DNA of 18,189 bases from an uncultured cyanobacterium (GTDB lineage Bacteria; Cyanobacteriota; Cyanobacteriia; Cyanobacteriales; Cyanobacteriaceae), in the NCBI GenBank assembly GCA_963749915.1, contig CAVVOP010000023.1, positions 1-18,189 of the forward strand, written 5' to 3'. Of the stretch, positions 17,208-18,189 are shown piece by piece (positions within the stretch are counted from its first letter, which is position 1; the number at the start of each line of letters is the position of its first letter). Below the pieces are notes generated by a model that saw nothing but the letters and a program-made list of their open reading frames with translations, was not told where the DNA came from and did no database searches. The position numbers were made by a program, and so were the translations under genes.

Positions 17208-18189
17208 ATTTTACTCTACTATTAACTATTCGTGACTGACTGTTTACACCATCCCTGCTGTGAGCGTTTTTATGCGTGTTCTGGTGGTCACTTTTCGTGG
17301 GCGGGTAACGTTTCTTCTCCCCCACCCTTTTCACCAGGAATGCGTCTTTGTTTTGTTTTTCTTTGCCACGCGGTCACTGCGTTGGCCAGTCGTCTTTCTT
17401 TTGCGTCATTCAATGACGTCACTGATCGCCCACCCGATTACCGGTCACTGCCCTTTTCTGACTGAATCGTTTGTCCCTAACCCGTATTTCCACTATACCA
17501 TTCCGTTGCCGTCTTATCACTTTGTACCGCTTACCCTACCCCAACCTTAGGCGTTGTCGGAACATCTTGTTTGATTTCCGTTTGCCTTGTTGGAGTCGTT
17601 CTCCTCGTATGCGTTGTGGAAGTGGTGTGCGGTGACGATGTAGTCGTCGTGATGCATTGCCCCCGCAACGAAATGACGAGAAGCAGAAGAGGCAGAGGAG
17701 GCCGAAGATGATGAACACCATGACGGAGGCGAAGGTAGAGGTGGTAACCGCTGCCACCATGTTGTAGCGTGTCGCGCGTGATGGCCTTCAAGGCCTCATG
17801 CCGGCCTTCTAACAACCTTCCACGAGGGCGAAGCTGCATGGCGATGCAGGCTTCAAAGGACGAGTCGATGACACTTATGACCAAACTTGTATTTTGCGTT
17901 TCGTGTTACATCCTTAAGCTCTGCGAAAGGACTGCCCCGTTAAGAGGGTTTCTCGTGCTTTTATACTAGCGCACAAATACGTAACATATTGTACAATCTG
18001 AGTCATGCTTTGTTCTTCGTTCTTCTTTAAAGAGTTGACGGCCTTGAATGACGCAACCCGGTCGTTGGTCCCGGATCAAGGGAAACGTTATCGGCAACGT
18101 TTCCCGTTAGCTCACGTAGGCGTTGCGTAGGCGTTGTTGCGTTGGTGCGCTCGACATACCGGTTCAGTGTTGGAATGTGGTTTGTCAAG

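Overview
AT-rich, cyanobacterial-looking accessory DNA, probably from a plasmid: it has heptamer STRR-type repeats, a type Ib parA/RHH partition pair with 8-bp iterons, and a XerC-like resolvase. The left end holds a diversity-generating retroelement (DGR). It comprises a reverse transcriptase (398-1458, two +1 frameshifts), a template repeat TR (1481-1603), a structured spacer, and an FGE-sulfatase/CLec-fold target gene (1991-2920). The target's variable repeat VR (2790-2911) differs from TR almost only at adenines. The middle holds a two-partner secretion pair (TpsB hit by a 175-bp MITE, and TpsA), a SAM methyltransferase, a carotenoid oxygenase, a GNAT and an alpha/beta hydrolase. The most unusual feature is a 360-bp stretch (14242-14601) with a single T on the + strand. 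On the - strand it reads as an adenine-free unit (GGGGG SD-like motif, GTG start, 94 codons, G-U-rich terminator) whose only A is in the TAG stop. The right end carries an integron-type gene cassette (a lipoprotein between two attC sites, no IntI in the window) and a compositionally foreign tail. All calls come from reading the sequence; no searches were run.
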